Assembly (NCBI GenBank): GCA_029288775.1
Contig: JARIGQ010000004.1
Coordinates: 67,303-131,302, forward strand
Length of the DNA stretch: 64,000 bases
Source of the DNA: Candidatus Nomurabacteria bacterium
GTDB taxonomy: Bacteria; Patescibacteriota; Minisyncoccia; Phycocordibacterales; UBA5272
Reading direction: 5' to 3'
Shown here piece after piece: positions 54,792 through 64,000 of this stretch (its first letter is position 1; each line of letters starts with the position of its first letter). The notes beneath the pieces are model-generated. The model searched no databases. It was not told where the DNA came from and saw only the letters and a program-made list of their open reading frames with translations. A program made the translations under genes and the position numbers.

Positions 54792-56369
54792 ATGCGCGTA
54801 CAAATGTGGCGCTGGTATCGTGAGCAACCTTCATGGCGTCAATATGCCGAAGCTTTAGTGCTTGTAGTGCTGGTAGTGATTTTTATCCATATGCTTACCA
54901 AGCCAGATGCGCAAGCTGAAACCGCGCAAGCTCTTCGTGCGGTAACCGTAGCTCCAGTCTCTGAGCTCGCTAATAGTGATAGCGAGCTTCCCCTTTTAGG
55001 CACTGTAACCTCTACAAGTGAAGCGATTGTACGCAGTGAATCTTCAGGTAAGCTTAATCATGTGTATAAAAAGCTTGGTGATTATGTAACTGCCGGTCAA
55101 ATAATTGCCGAGTTTGATAATGCGGCAGAACGTGCGTCTGTGCTCCAAGCAGAAGGTGCCTATGATTCTGCAAAGGCCGCTCGTGATATTGCAAGAATAA
55201 ATTCTGGTAATACGGTTTCTTCATTGGCCGATGTGCGAACCAATGCATTGAATGCTATTTATAGTGCTTACAATACGATGGATGATGTTGTGCGCGTAAA
55301 AACAGACGTGTATTTTAATGATCCTCGTTTTGATGATGCCAAGCTTCTCCCTTCAATTCCTGATGCTCAACTTGAATATGCAGTTGAAGCAGAGCGCAAG
55401 TCAATAGAAAAGATGCTTGCAGGTCGCGCAGAACGCAATAAGTCACTTACGGTAGATAGCGATCTTGTGTCTGAGCTTAATGTTATTCAAAATGAGGTAA
55501 GCACAGTAAAAACGTATATTGACGACCTTTCTTCGGCGGTTGCAAAAGCGGTTCCAGATGCAACGTATAATCAAACTTCCCTCGATAGTGCAAGGGCGGT
55601 ACTGAGTGTGGCTCGTGCAGCTATCGCAAGCGGAGTGAGTTCTGTTTCTTCTACACGCACATCTCTTAATTCTGCCATCGCTGCGGAAAAAGTTGCCGGT
55701 AAGACAAGTGGAGATGCTTCAGGAACGATTGCTTCGGCGGATGCAAATGTAAAGACGGCACTCGGTGCATACGATGCGGCGCTTGCTCGTCTTGAAAATA
55801 CAATCATCCGTAGCCCGATTTCAGGTACGCTTAATTCCCTTTCCATTCGTACGGGAGATTTCATTACCCAATTTGCACAAGTTGCGGTTGTGTCTAATAA
55901 CGGTGCCCTTGAGGTGGTAACGTATGTTACAGAAGAAGATGCAAAACGTATTCAAGTTGGTAATAACGTACTTATCGACAATACAGTGCATGGTGTGGTT
56001 ACTCGTCTTGCTTCTGCTATTGATCCAACTACTAAGAAAATAGAAGTTCGTGTCGGTATCACGGATAAGAATGTTTCTATGGTAAATGGTCAGTCAGTGC
56101 GTATTGTCATAACCAAAGAAAAGCAAACAATAACTCCAACGTCAGGCCCTATTACTATTCCGATTGCTGCGCTTAAGCTTACCCCTAATGGCGCTTATGT
56201 TTTCACAATAAGTGCAACGAGCTCACTTATTGCGCTTCCTGTTAAGGAAGGAGCAATTCTGGGAGATCAGATCCAGATTCTATCTGGCTTGCTCGGTACA
56301 GAATCGATTGTAACTGATGCTCGTGGTCTTAAGGAAGGTATGCAGGTGTCTAGTACTGTTGCTAAGTAA
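54792..56369 (+). CDS. RND efflux periplasmic adaptor (membrane fusion protein, HlyD family); the start could also be the ATG at 54750
   Basis: N-terminal TM, coiled-coil and lipoyl/beta-barrel MFP domains; AGGAGA 11 nt upstream. Confidence 0.8.
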   Translation: MRVQMWRWYREQPSWRQYAEALVLVVLVVIFIHMLTKPDAQAETAQALRAVTVAPVSELANSDSELPLLGTVTSTSEAIVRSESSGKLNHVYKKLGDYVTAGQIIAEFDNAAERASVLQAEGAYDSAKAARDIARINSGNTVSSLADVRTNALNAIYSAYNTMDDVVRVKTDVYFNDPRFDDAKLLPSIPDAQLEYAVEAERKSIEKMLAGRAERNKSLTVDSDLVSELNVIQNEVSTVKTYIDDLSSAVAKAVPDATYNQTSLDSARAVLSVARAAIASGVSSVSSTRTSLNSAIAAEKVAGKTSGDASGTIASADANVKTALGAYDAALARLENTIIRSPISGTLNSLSIRTGDFITQFAQVAVVSNNGALEVVTYVTEEDAKRIQVGNNVLIDNTVHGVVTRLASAIDPTTKKIEVRVGITDKNVSMVNGQSVRIVITKEKQTITPTSGPITIPIAALKLTPNGAYVFTISATSSLIALPVKEGAILGDQIQILSGLLGTESIVTDARGLKEGMQVSSTVAK

Positions 56370-56371
56370 AT

Positions 56372-59300
56372 ATGCATTCTCTCTGGACCTTTTTCCTTAA
56401 AAAGCGAGCTTTCACCTATCTTTTGATGTTGGTGACAACACTCGCAGGCTTGTATTCTCTGGTGGTTATCCCTAAAGAGTCTTCGCCTGAGGTTATTATC
56501 CCGGTAGGTATTGTGTCTACCGTGCTTCGTGGGGCTTCTGCTGAAGATACGGAAAAGCTTGTTACCAACAAACTCGAAAGTGAAATTGCAAATGTTGAGA
56601 ATATCGACAAGGTAACTTCCTCTTCGAACGAAGGAGTATCAATCATTACCGCGCAATTTAATGCTTCTGCAAATATCGATAAATCCATTCAGGACTTGAA
56701 GGATGCGGTAGATCGGGTGAAGAATGATTTGCCAACTGATGCAACAGAACCGGTGGTTTCTAAGATCAATTTTTCGGAGCAGCCGATGCTCATTCTTTCT
56801 ATTTCTCAAGACCTCTCCCCTGCCGGTCTCACCGCACTTGGTGACGATCTCAAAAATGAACTTAAAAAAGTGGAAGGAGTATCTAAGGTGGAAGTATCTG
56901 GTACGCGCAAGCGCGAAATTGACGTCATTGTACGTAAGGACGAGCTCGCTAAATATAATCTTTCTCTGAATCAAGTCATTGCTGCAATTCAGGGAGCAAA
57001 TGCTTCCTCCCCTATCGGAAGCATTACGGTTGCCGATGTGACGTATCCAATTAAATTTGATGGCTCTTTGGAGAGTGCGGTTGAGGTTCCCGACATTACA
57101 CTTCAATCTCCATCCGGTGTGCCTGTGTATTTACGTGACATTGCTTTTATTTCGGATGGCTTGGCGCCACCTTCTACTTATTCTCGCGTATCTGTTGGCG
57201 GCAAACCAAGTGAAAACGCTATCACGCTTACGATTTTTAAAAAGTCTGGTGGAGACGTAACGAAAGTTGCTAAAGCGGTGAAGGATAAAGTGGAAGAGCT
57301 TCGAAAGACGGAACTCTCGGGTGCCGATGTGGTGATTACCTTTGATTCAGGTGCGCTTGTGAAGAAGGATTTGACTGAACTTACCAGGACCGGACTTGAG
57401 ACGGTAGCACTTGTGATGCTCATGCTCTTTCTTACTATCGGCTGGCGTGAGTCTTTGGTGGCAGGGCTTTCTATTCCGCTTTCCTTTGTGATTGCGTTTA
57501 CGGGCCTGTATCTTTCAGGTAATACGATTAACTTCATGTCGCTCTTTTCGCTTATCCTCGCTATCGGCATTCTGGTTGATTCCGGTATTGTGGTTGCGGA
57601 AGCTATTCACACCAGAATGAAACTATATGGGAGCGCCAAGAAAGCGGCAATTGCTTCAATACAGGAATACGCCTGGCCGCTTATTGCTGGAACAATGACT
57701 ACGGTTGCGGTATTCTTTCCCCTCTTTTTCTTGTCTGGTATCGTAGGAAAATTCGTATCTTCTATTCCGTTTACTATCATTTTCGTACTCTTGGCTTCGA
57801 TTGTGGTTGCGCTTGGATTCGTTCCATTACTTGCCGTCTTGCTTACCAAGGAGCATAAGAGCACGTTTGAGGACATGCAAGAAGCTTGGTCTCATAAGGC
57901 ACAAACCTGGTATAAAGGATTTCTTGCCTCGATGCTTTCCAGTCGAAAGAAGCAAAATAGATTTTTTGCCTCGCTTGCCATTGGGCTTATTGTTGCCATT
58001 TCCCTTCCAATCACTGGTCTTCTTCGTGTTTCTTTTTTCCCGCAAGATGATCAGGATTTCGTAATTGTTTCCATTGAAAAGCAGCAAGGTACACCACTTG
58101 AACAAACGGATCTGTCTGTACGAGAAGTAGAAGAAATTCTCTATAATTCTCCATACATTGAATCTTTCGTAACTACCGTGGGAGCAACGTCTGCGCTCTC
58201 GGGTAATGGTGCAAGTGCTGGTGGAAAGTTGGCCAATATTACGGTTATGCTTCCAAAAGATCGTAAACTTACTTCAACTCAGATCGTAGAGAAGCTTCGC
58301 GAAGAGCTTACTCCTGTAACCTCCGCTGAAGTAAAAGTTTCTCAAGGAAATAACGGCCCACCATCAAGTGATCCGGTAGTGATCAAGTTCTTGGGAGATT
58401 CGCTGGAAGAGATTGGAGCAGCTGCAAGCAAAGCAGAAGATATCCTTAAAACAATTCCTGGGACCCAAGATGTTACTACGTCTCTTAAGGATAACGGAAC
58501 TCAGTTCGAAATTACCATTGATCGAGCAAAGGCTGCGCAGGTCGGGCTTTCTGCCTCATCAGTTGCTCAGCTTCTTCGTGCGTCTGTATCGGGTGTGACA
58601 GCAACAACCATCAAAAAGTCTGGTACCGATATCGATATCATTGTAAAAACTGATCTTAATCCCAACTTTATTCTTCCGGAAGACACGATTAAAGCGAATC
58701 TCGATAGTATCAAGAACATCCCTGTAGTTACTCCGCAAGGTACAGTGTTGCTTGGTTCCATTCTTTCTACATCGGTGTCCGAATCACGTGCATCAATTGC
58801 TCATGAAAATGAGAAGCGTATTGCAACCGTAACAAGTAAAGTTACCGCTTCGGGTAATGCGGTAGAAATAGTAAATGAATTCAAAAAGCGAGAAAAGGAA
58901 CTTGCCTTGCCAAAATCGGTTACGGTGCAATATGGAGGAGACAATGAAGAGATTAATAAAACATTTGCAGAAATGGGCTTGGCACTTCTAGCTGGTATGG
59001 CTGGTATGCTTGCTATCTTGGTGCTTGAGTTTAATTCTTTCCGTTATTCGTTCTATCTTCTTCTTGCAATTCCACTTTCTCTCATTGGTGTGTTTGGTGG
59101 ACTCACACTTACCGGTCAGGCGTTATCGTTTTCGTCTATGCTTGGGCTCATTGCGCTGGCTGGTGTCATTATTAATCACGCCATCATTCTTTTGGATTCG
59201 ATTCTGCATCGTCTAGAACGTGAAAGAGAAGAGTTGGAAGCAGGGCATTCCTCACGCAGTCTTAAAGATATTATCGTAGATGCCGCATCTATTCGTTTGC

Positions 59301-59587
59301 GTCCTATTTTCCTTACCACTGTTACTACTGTCATCGGCATGATCCCCCTCGCTGGGGTGTCGGCACTTTGGGGTCCGCTTGCGTTTGCGATTATGTTTGG
59401 ACTTGCGTTTGCGATGATTCTTACACTTGTCCTTATTCCTGTATTTTTCTATCGTTATCCAGGCAAGGAATATCAAAATCTCAAGCCGCAAGAACCACAT
59501 ACTCCGAAGCAGTCCTGGTATGTATGGAAGAGAATCAAAAATGTGTTCCGGTGGATAGTTCGAAAGCCACTTCTTCCGTTGTATTAA
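56372..59587 (+). CDS. RND family efflux transporter (AcrB/HAE1-like), 12 TM
   Basis: 1071 aa, AcrB-like architecture with two large periplasmic loops. Confidence 0.9.
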   Translation: MHSLWTFFLKKRAFTYLLMLVTTLAGLYSLVVIPKESSPEVIIPVGIVSTVLRGASAEDTEKLVTNKLESEIANVENIDKVTSSSNEGVSIITAQFNASANIDKSIQDLKDAVDRVKNDLPTDATEPVVSKINFSEQPMLILSISQDLSPAGLTALGDDLKNELKKVEGVSKVEVSGTRKREIDVIVRKDELAKYNLSLNQVIAAIQGANASSPIGSITVADVTYPIKFDGSLESAVEVPDITLQSPSGVPVYLRDIAFISDGLAPPSTYSRVSVGGKPSENAITLTIFKKSGGDVTKVAKAVKDKVEELRKTELSGADVVITFDSGALVKKDLTELTRTGLETVALVMLMLFLTIGWRESLVAGLSIPLSFVIAFTGLYLSGNTINFMSLFSLILAIGILVDSGIVVAEAIHTRMKLYGSAKKAAIASIQEYAWPLIAGTMTTVAVFFPLFFLSGIVGKFVSSIPFTIIFVLLASIVVALGFVPLLAVLLTKEHKSTFEDMQEAWSHKAQTWYKGFLASMLSSRKKQNRFFASLAIGLIVAISLPITGLLRVSFFPQDDQDFVIVSIEKQQGTPLEQTDLSVREVEEILYNSPYIESFVTTVGATSALSGNGASAGGKLANITVMLPKDRKLTSTQIVEKLREELTPVTSAEVKVSQGNNGPPSSDPVVIKFLGDSLEEIGAAASKAEDILKTIPGTQDVTTSLKDNGTQFEITIDRAKAAQVGLSASSVAQLLRASVSGVTATTIKKSGTDIDIIVKTDLNPNFILPEDTIKANLDSIKNIPVVTPQGTVLLGSILSTSVSESRASIAHENEKRIATVTSKVTASGNAVEIVNEFKKREKELALPKSVTVQYGGDNEEINKTFAEMGLALLAGMAGMLAILVLEFNSFRYSFYLLLAIPLSLIGVFGGLTLTGQALSFSSMLGLIALAGVIINHAIILLDSILHRLEREREELEAGHSSRSLKDIIVDAASIRLRPIFLTTVTTVIGMIPLAGVSALWGPLAFAIMFGLAFAMILTLVLIPVFFYRYPGKEYQNLKPQEPHTPKQSWYVWKRIKNVFRWIVRKPLLPLY

Positions 59588-59589
59588 GA

Positions 59590-59625
59590 AAAGGAAAATG
59601 CGGGATTGCTCCCGCTTTTTTCGTG
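59590..59625. terminator. Bidirectional intrinsic terminator
   Basis: GCGGGATTGCTCCCGC followed by TTTTTTCG. Confidence 0.7.
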
Positions 59626-60042
59626 TCACTCGCCGTACGCGATAGTACTTCTCCCTGTACGAGGGTTGAAGCTTATGTACGTAGCTGCACCGCCGAATTG
59701 GTTGTGGTTGCCGAAGTCCACTTCCTGTGGCTTCTCTAGTTCGCGCTCCACTTTTTCCACCAGCTCATCCGGCAGATAGTGCAGTGCTTTCGGAAAGTGC
59801 GAGACGCGTTTGGTAAGGTCTTCGATCGAGAGATCTTTCGGATATTCAAATCCGGGACACTCGACGAGATGGAAGCGATAGCCTTCCTGGTGCGTTGTGA
59901 GCTCCTCGACGTCGAACGGGTGGAGCCCTTCAGCGTACTCATCGTCCGGAACGAAGCGGAAATCTTGCTGGACATGTTTTTCCAGGTCCGGGAGATGAGC
60001 AAGCTCGATCTGTCCGCAATGGGCGCATTTGAATCCGTACAT
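59626..60042 (-). CDS. Hypothetical protein with N-terminal CxxC zinc-ribbon-like motif, higher GC
   Basis: MYGFKCAHCGQ; coding-like composition. Confidence 0.45.
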   Translation of the reverse strand: MYGFKCAHCGQIELAHLPDLEKHVQQDFRFVPDDEYAEGLHPFDVEELTTHQEGYRFHLVECPGFEYPKDLSIEDLTKRVSHFPKALHYLPDELVEKVERELEKPQEVDFGNHNQFGGAATYISFNPRTGRSTIAYGE

Positions 60043-60110
60043 AGAGACCTTTCTAAGTGAACGATTGAAGTCATACTACAGGACTTCGCCCCTCTTTTCA
60101 AATAAGAGTT

Positions 60111-61364
60111 TTATATGTGTGTACCTGCAACTTGCCCTGTAGTCCAACAGAGCTGCAGACTGTATCCTCCAGAAGGACGATCAATGTTGAGCATATCTCC
60201 TACGATGTACATTCCAGGGACTATGTTGGATTCAAAGGTGCGAGTGTCGATTTCTGTCAGTGGAATTCCTCCTGAAGAAACGATAGCCTTTTCTTTTCCA
60301 AGTAAGCCTTTTACGTGAAGCGGAATAGTTTTCATGGTTGCAACAAGCTGGAGGCGCTCTTCGCTTCGTACGCTGTGGCAAAAGGTATTTCCATCAATTC
60401 CCGCAAGCATAAGAAGGTGTGTAACAAGTGATGCGGGTACCATGGCAGCAAGCACGTTCTTTATCTTCTTATTACTCTCTGCAACCAGAAGCGTTTGCAA
60501 TTCGTTTTTAAGTTTGCCATTATCTTTGCTTGGAAAAAGATCCACCACAATCTCTACATCCCCGTATTTCAGAAGTTCTCCTACATCCTTACTCATATTG
60601 AGCACGGTTGGTCCGCTTATACCTACATGGGTAAAGAGAAGTTTTCCTTTGTAGCTTTCCTGCTTCATTGCATGTTGATAGGTAGTCATTTTTACTCCCT
60701 CAAGGGTAAGTCCACTTAGTTTTTTGCTCCATGTATCAAGAAGCGCAATCGGAACAAGCGCAAAATCATTTTCAATAATGGTATGTCCCAGACTTTTGAG
60801 CCACTTGAAACCGTCCCCAGTAGAACCTGTTTCAGGACGGGATATACCTCCGGTTGCCACTACCACTTTCTGGGCTCGGATAATGTTTGCACTCTGGGTG
60901 GTTAGTGAAAAAGTCCCATCTTTTTCTTGTTTGATTTTGCTTATGGTACTTGATTTGTGTGTTTGGACGCTGGTTTCTTTCATATAGGCATAGAGCGTAT
61001 CGTATACCGATTGTGCGGAATTCGAGACAGGAAAAATACGACCCTCATTTTCTTCTTTGGTTGGCATGCCACGATCATGAAAAAATGCGAGTGTATCTTT
61101 CACGCTCCACTGTGAAAAAGCCGAAAAGAGGAATTGGTCATTTCCTTTATATTTTGCAAGCATGGTTCGATTATCTTGCTTGTTGTTTGTGACATTGCAA
61201 CGCCCGCCCCCGGTGATAAGAAGTTTCTTTCCTAAGTGCTCATTTTTTTCCAGGAGAAGTACCTCTTTGCCGCGCGATGCGGCTTTGCCTGCAGCCATCA
61301 TTCCTGCCGGACCTCCGCCTATGACGACGACATCCCACAGTTTACTTTCGCTTTTTGGAATCAT
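60111..61364 (-). CDS. HI0933/YhiN-family FAD-dependent oxidoreductase (BaiN-like)
   Basis: VVVIGGGPAGMMAAGKAA dinucleotide-binding motif; start moved to MIPKSE. Confidence 0.8.
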   Translation of the reverse strand: MIPKSESKLWDVVVIGGGPAGMMAAGKAASRGKEVLLLEKNEHLGKKLLITGGGRCNVTNNKQDNRTMLAKYKGNDQFLFSAFSQWSVKDTLAFFHDRGMPTKEENEGRIFPVSNSAQSVYDTLYAYMKETSVQTHKSSTISKIKQEKDGTFSLTTQSANIIRAQKVVVATGGISRPETGSTGDGFKWLKSLGHTIIENDFALVPIALLDTWSKKLSGLTLEGVKMTTYQHAMKQESYKGKLLFTHVGISGPTVLNMSKDVGELLKYGDVEIVVDLFPSKDNGKLKNELQTLLVAESNKKIKNVLAAMVPASLVTHLLMLAGIDGNTFCHSVRSEERLQLVATMKTIPLHVKGLLGKEKAIVSSGGIPLTEIDTRTFESNIVPGMYIVGDMLNIDRPSGGYSLQLCWTTGQVAGTHI

Positions 61365-61368
61365 GAGA

Positions 61369-62106
61369 TTAGTTTTGCTTACTCCACTCGTAGAGCGCAA
61401 CAGCGGCAGCATTTGATGCGTTTAATGATTCTGCGTTGTTGGTAATTTCTATAGAAAGTTTGAAATCGCAGACTTCTAGGGTTTTAGGTTTAATCCCCTC
61501 ACCTTCGTTACCCACTACAAATGCAACGGGAGTATCAAAGGTGGTGGTGTGCAGTTTTGTTTCCCCGTCACCTGTAAGTGCGTAGGTCCAATAACCCTTA
61601 TCTTTAAGGGTGCGGAGCGTGGTATTGACGTTGGTGATGTGAGCAATAGGAAGTGAAAAAACTGCACCAGCGGAAGTTTTAATCACCGTCGAAGTAATCT
61701 GCACCTGATCATGTTCTGGCATAAGGATTGCGGATGCGCCAAATGCTGCCGCTGAGCGAATAATTGCACCCACATTGTGAGGGTCTTGGAGTTCATCAAG
61801 CACGACAAGGAGTGGTCGCTCACCATCTTTCTCAGCAATACTAAGTGCTTCATCAAGGTCGATATAGAGCTTACGATCATCCAAGAGTGCACATACCCCT
61901 TGGTGGGTTGCATCTCGTCCTACAAAGCTTTCAATTTCTTCTGGGGTGACTCGTTCATGTTTGATGCCATGCTTCTGAAGGAGGCTAATCAGGGTCGAAT
62001 CAGTCTCAGCACCGCTTGTAAGGAAAACACGCTCCAAGAGGCCTTTTTTGCCTTTTGAGAGGGCTTCCCGTAATGGGTTTCGACCATATAAGTAAAGCTT
62101 GTTCAT
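61369..62106 (-). CDS. rlmB: SpoU/TrmH-family 23S rRNA 2'-O-methyltransferase (RlmB-like)
   Basis: DELQDPHNVGAIIRSAAAFG and VVGNEGEG motifs. Confidence 0.85.
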   Translation of the reverse strand: MNKLYLYGRNPLREALSKGKKGLLERVFLTSGAETDSTLISLLQKHGIKHERVTPEEIESFVGRDATHQGVCALLDDRKLYIDLDEALSIAEKDGERPLLVVLDELQDPHNVGAIIRSAAAFGASAILMPEHDQVQITSTVIKTSAGAVFSLPIAHITNVNTTLRTLKDKGYWTYALTGDGETKLHTTTFDTPVAFVVGNEGEGIKPKTLEVCDFKLSIEITNNAESLNASNAAAVALYEWSKQN

Positions 62107-62351
62107 ACGCCAAGTATAGCACAAGAAAACACTTTTAGCTATTTGTAAAGAAATTACCTAGACTGTGTATGAAATGTGGATTGTAACATTTCTTCTGCTT
62201 ACTCGGCACCCATTGTGCTATGGAAAGAGTATCGAATATCATCAAGAACAAATATGCATTCTATCTGGCTCACCGTATGAAGAAATACACTCCTTCTAAG
62301 CGAGCTTTTACGGAACAGGACTTTCAAATGTAGGTGCAGCCTAGCATTGAC

Positions 62352-62396
62352 GATGCCCGATGTACCAGTTGGCACATCGGGCATCATTTATTTTTG
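62352..62396 (+). terminator. Orphan strong hairpin with a 3' T-run on the + strand (12-bp perfect arms GATGCCCGATGT/ACATCGGGCATC)
   Basis: Stable hairpin followed by ATTTATTTTTG; no annotated + strand gene upstream. Confidence 0.4.
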
Positions 62397-62409
62397 GCCA
62401 GGCAGCAAA

Positions 62410-62973
62410 TCAGAAGAATCTCCTGACCACTGCACTTGCAACTGCTTCGATGCGGAGCTTGTCCGGATCGGGATAGATCTTTTTAAACTTTTTGTTTGCA
62501 GGAATAAGCACTGGCTTGCCTCGTTCGATATTGAAATATTTGAGCGTAAATTCATCTTCAACTTGAGCTACAACAATATCTCCCTTGAGCGGTTCGCGCC
62601 CGCGCTCCACGACCACCAGATCACCATCATAGATTCCTGCGTCTTTCATTGATTCCCCTTGCACTTCAAGAAGGAAGGTTCTTCCCTTTCTTCGCATAAG
62701 CATCCTATCCAATGAGACTTTTTCAATTTCTGCGGTTGCATCTTCTGTAGTTGGAAATCCTGCTTGAATATTTCCAAGTTTCATGAATCCTCCTACCATC
62801 CCCATAACAAGCCTCCGTCCTTCTTTAATGAGTACTCCTTCATCAATCAAACGCTTCACTTTATAAGCAACAGTATTTTTGGATTTCACTCCAAAGAGTT
62901 TCTTCATCTCCTCGAAAGTCGGAACTCGTTCATGTTCGTCGTAGAAAGCGATAAGTTTGTCTGTTTCTGTCAT
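62410..62973 (-). CDS. lexA: LexA repressor
   Basis: N-terminal wHTH, S24 peptidase GESM Ser and Lys dyad. Confidence 0.92.
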   Translation of the reverse strand: MTETDKLIAFYDEHERVPTFEEMKKLFGVKSKNTVAYKVKRLIDEGVLIKEGRRLVMGMVGGFMKLGNIQAGFPTTEDATAEIEKVSLDRMLMRRKGRTFLLEVQGESMKDAGIYDGDLVVVERGREPLKGDIVVAQVEDEFTLKYFNIERGKPVLIPANKKFKKIYPDPDKLRIEAVASAVVRRFF

Positions 62974-62999
62974 ACGTTTGGTATATACTCAGTGTAGTA

Positions 63000-63011
63000 G
63001 AACAATTGTTC
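63000..63011. promoter_or_regulatory. LexA operator (Cheo-box type GAAC-N4-GTTC) in the lexA promoter
   Basis: GAACAATTGTTC perfect palindrome about 27 nt upstream of the lexA ATG. Confidence 0.6.
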
Positions 63012-63069
63012 TAGCGCAAGGTGTGCGTTGTGAATAACTTCTGCAGGATGCGTAAGACGCTGTGTAAAG

Positions 63070-63100
63070 AAAGCAAAAGCCGCACGTGTGCGGCTTTGGT
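63070..63100 (-). terminator. Intrinsic terminator for the - strand gene 63100..63429
   Basis: GCCGCACGTGTGCGGC hairpin with T-run on the - strand. Confidence 0.65.
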
Positions 63101-63429
63101 CAGGTATCTGTTTGGCGTTTATGCGCTCGGCGACCGATGACGTCGGCTAGTACTTCCAGCTCGCGCTTCGTCTGAGGTGTTAAATCTTGCGTTGTGCTTT
63201 CCCTCCACAGCCATAAGCTTAGTGCGAGCTGTTTTTCAAGGGAAAGAAGGCAGTATTCTCTTTCAAACTGTCTCTTATCGTTTCTCCAAAGATGAAAGAG
63301 GCGGCAAAAAGTCCGCGAGTCCTGGTAGTCTTTCCACCACTTGTAAAGTGGAATGAGAAAGTTGTTCCACAGGGCTATTCCTCGATAGTGCAGATTGAGC
63401 ATCCTAGTGCCTCCATGAAATTGGTTCAC
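63100..63429 (-). CDS. Hypothetical Trp/Arg-rich protein
   Basis: ORF only. Confidence 0.35.
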   Translation of the reverse strand: MNQFHGGTRMLNLHYRGIALWNNFLIPLYKWWKDYQDSRTFCRLFHLWRNDKRQFEREYCLLSLEKQLALSLWLWRESTTQDLTPQTKRELEVLADVIGRRAHKRQTDT

Positions 63430-63465
63430 ATACTAAGACGAATTTAAGTATAAACTATTACTGTA

Positions 63466-63497
63466 CATAAAAACACGCCCGCGGGGGCATGTTTTTG
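63466..63497 (-). terminator. Intrinsic terminator for the 63537..63773 gene
   Basis: Hairpin ACACGCCC/GGGGCATGT with T5 on the - strand. Confidence 0.55.
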
Positions 63498-63536
63498 CAA
63501 GTGTTGAGAGGAAGAAGAATAAAATTAGTGCCCTAT

Positions 63537-63773
63537 TTATTGCCCTGTGCTACCAGAGGCATTACCTGAAGTTGCTCCCGGAAGATTGACATCTACCGAT
63601 GCGCTCGCACCTGGTGTGTTGGAATTTCCGGCGGTGTTAGCTGTACCACTCCCTCGAAGCGCCGGAAGACCGTAGATGAATAAAAGTGCAATGAGGATAA
63701 TTGCTACGATGATGCCCAGTATCGTGCCTGCTCCGCTTGATTCATTGCTTGGGTTATTGATTACCGTTGCCAT
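63537..63773 (-). CDS. Small membrane protein with Gly/Ser/Thr/Asn-rich C-terminal tail
   Basis: MATVINNPSNESSGAGTILGIIVAIILIALLFIYGLPALRG; start at the internal Met. Confidence 0.45.
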   Translation of the reverse strand: MATVINNPSNESSGAGTILGIIVAIILIALLFIYGLPALRGSGTANTAGNSNTPGASASVDVNLPGATSGNASGSTGQ

Positions 63774-63838
63774 AGTTGTGTTGTGAATTAAATGGGTACG
63801 CCCGTTATGACGTACCAAAGCGTGAAGTATTACAAAGA

Positions 63839-63866
63839 AAAAGCACCCTCGCAGGGGCGCTTTCAT
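63839..63866 (-). terminator. Intrinsic terminator for the partial - strand gene
   Basis: GCGCCCCTGCGAGGGTGC hairpin followed by TTTTTC on the - strand. Confidence 0.6.
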
Positions 63867-64000
63867 GCAGCTTTGCGTTCAGCTTCTTTACGAACGCGAT
63901 CTTTTTCTGCCCATTGTGCACGCATTTCCTCTTCGAATTCTCGCTCGCGGTCCGGACATTCTGGGTAGTGGTGCTTTTCTACCCAAAATGAAGCGTAACG
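63863..64000 (-). CDS. 3' end of a hypothetical - strand gene extending beyond the window
   Basis: Open frame ending ...HHYPECPDRERELEEEMRAQWAEKDRVRKEAERKAA followed by a terminator. Confidence 0.35.
   Translation of the reverse strand, partial: RYASFWVEKHHYPECPDREREFEEEMRAQWAEKDRVRKEAERKAA

Noticed and set aside
62199-62652. Two track ORFs (62199..62387 - and 62347..62652 +) beginning MMPDVPTGTSGI and MTMPDVPVGTSGI
   Set aside because: They mirror each other across the 12-bp perfect inverted repeat at 62352-62385. They are palindrome artifacts, not coding.
1-64000. CRISPR arrays, rRNA and tRNA genes, transposases or integrases
   Set aside because: No regularly spaced direct repeats, no rRNA- or tRNA-like sequences and no recombinase ORFs were found by eye. 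An automated tRNA or Rfam scan would be needed to fully exclude small RNAs.

Overview
Dense, mostly + strand housekeeping window (~45% GC by eye) from a small-genome bacterium. It lacks long leaders and mur ligases, and has shortened ProRS, AlaRS and AspRS and a two-component RND pump without an outer-membrane factor. That fits a monoderm or CPR-like reduced lineage, held at low confidence. Content: ppiB; the priA-def-fmt operon (-); two mreB paralogs, one with mreC-PBP2; frr, rseP, proS, greA, lysS; a partial dcw cluster (mraZ-rsmH-ftsL-like-ftsI) and a second block (scpA-scpB-dacA-like-mraY-ftsW-murG-gltX-M23 peptidase); ychF, alaS; infA-rpmJ-rpsM-rpsK-rpsD-rpoA-rplQ-rplM-rpsI; grpE-dnaK-dnaJ; trpS, aspS, an SSS transporter and a GH18 hydrolase. 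The right end is accessory-like: an AT-rich repeat- and palindrome-laden island around a retropepsin-like aspartic protease, a higher-GC hypothetical, an RND efflux pair, more higher-GC hypotheticals, an FAD oxidoreductase, rlmB and lexA with a Cheo-type operator. The two most notable sequence-level signals follow. First, a ~110-nt structured element is present twice (after the 76-aa ORF and after rpsI), each followed by an intrinsic terminator and with a compensatory base-pair change. Second, a pervasive extended -10 (TGnTAnnnT) sits 6-10 nt upstream of start codons, implying largely leaderless mRNAs. No rRNA, tRNA or CRISPR array was found by eye.
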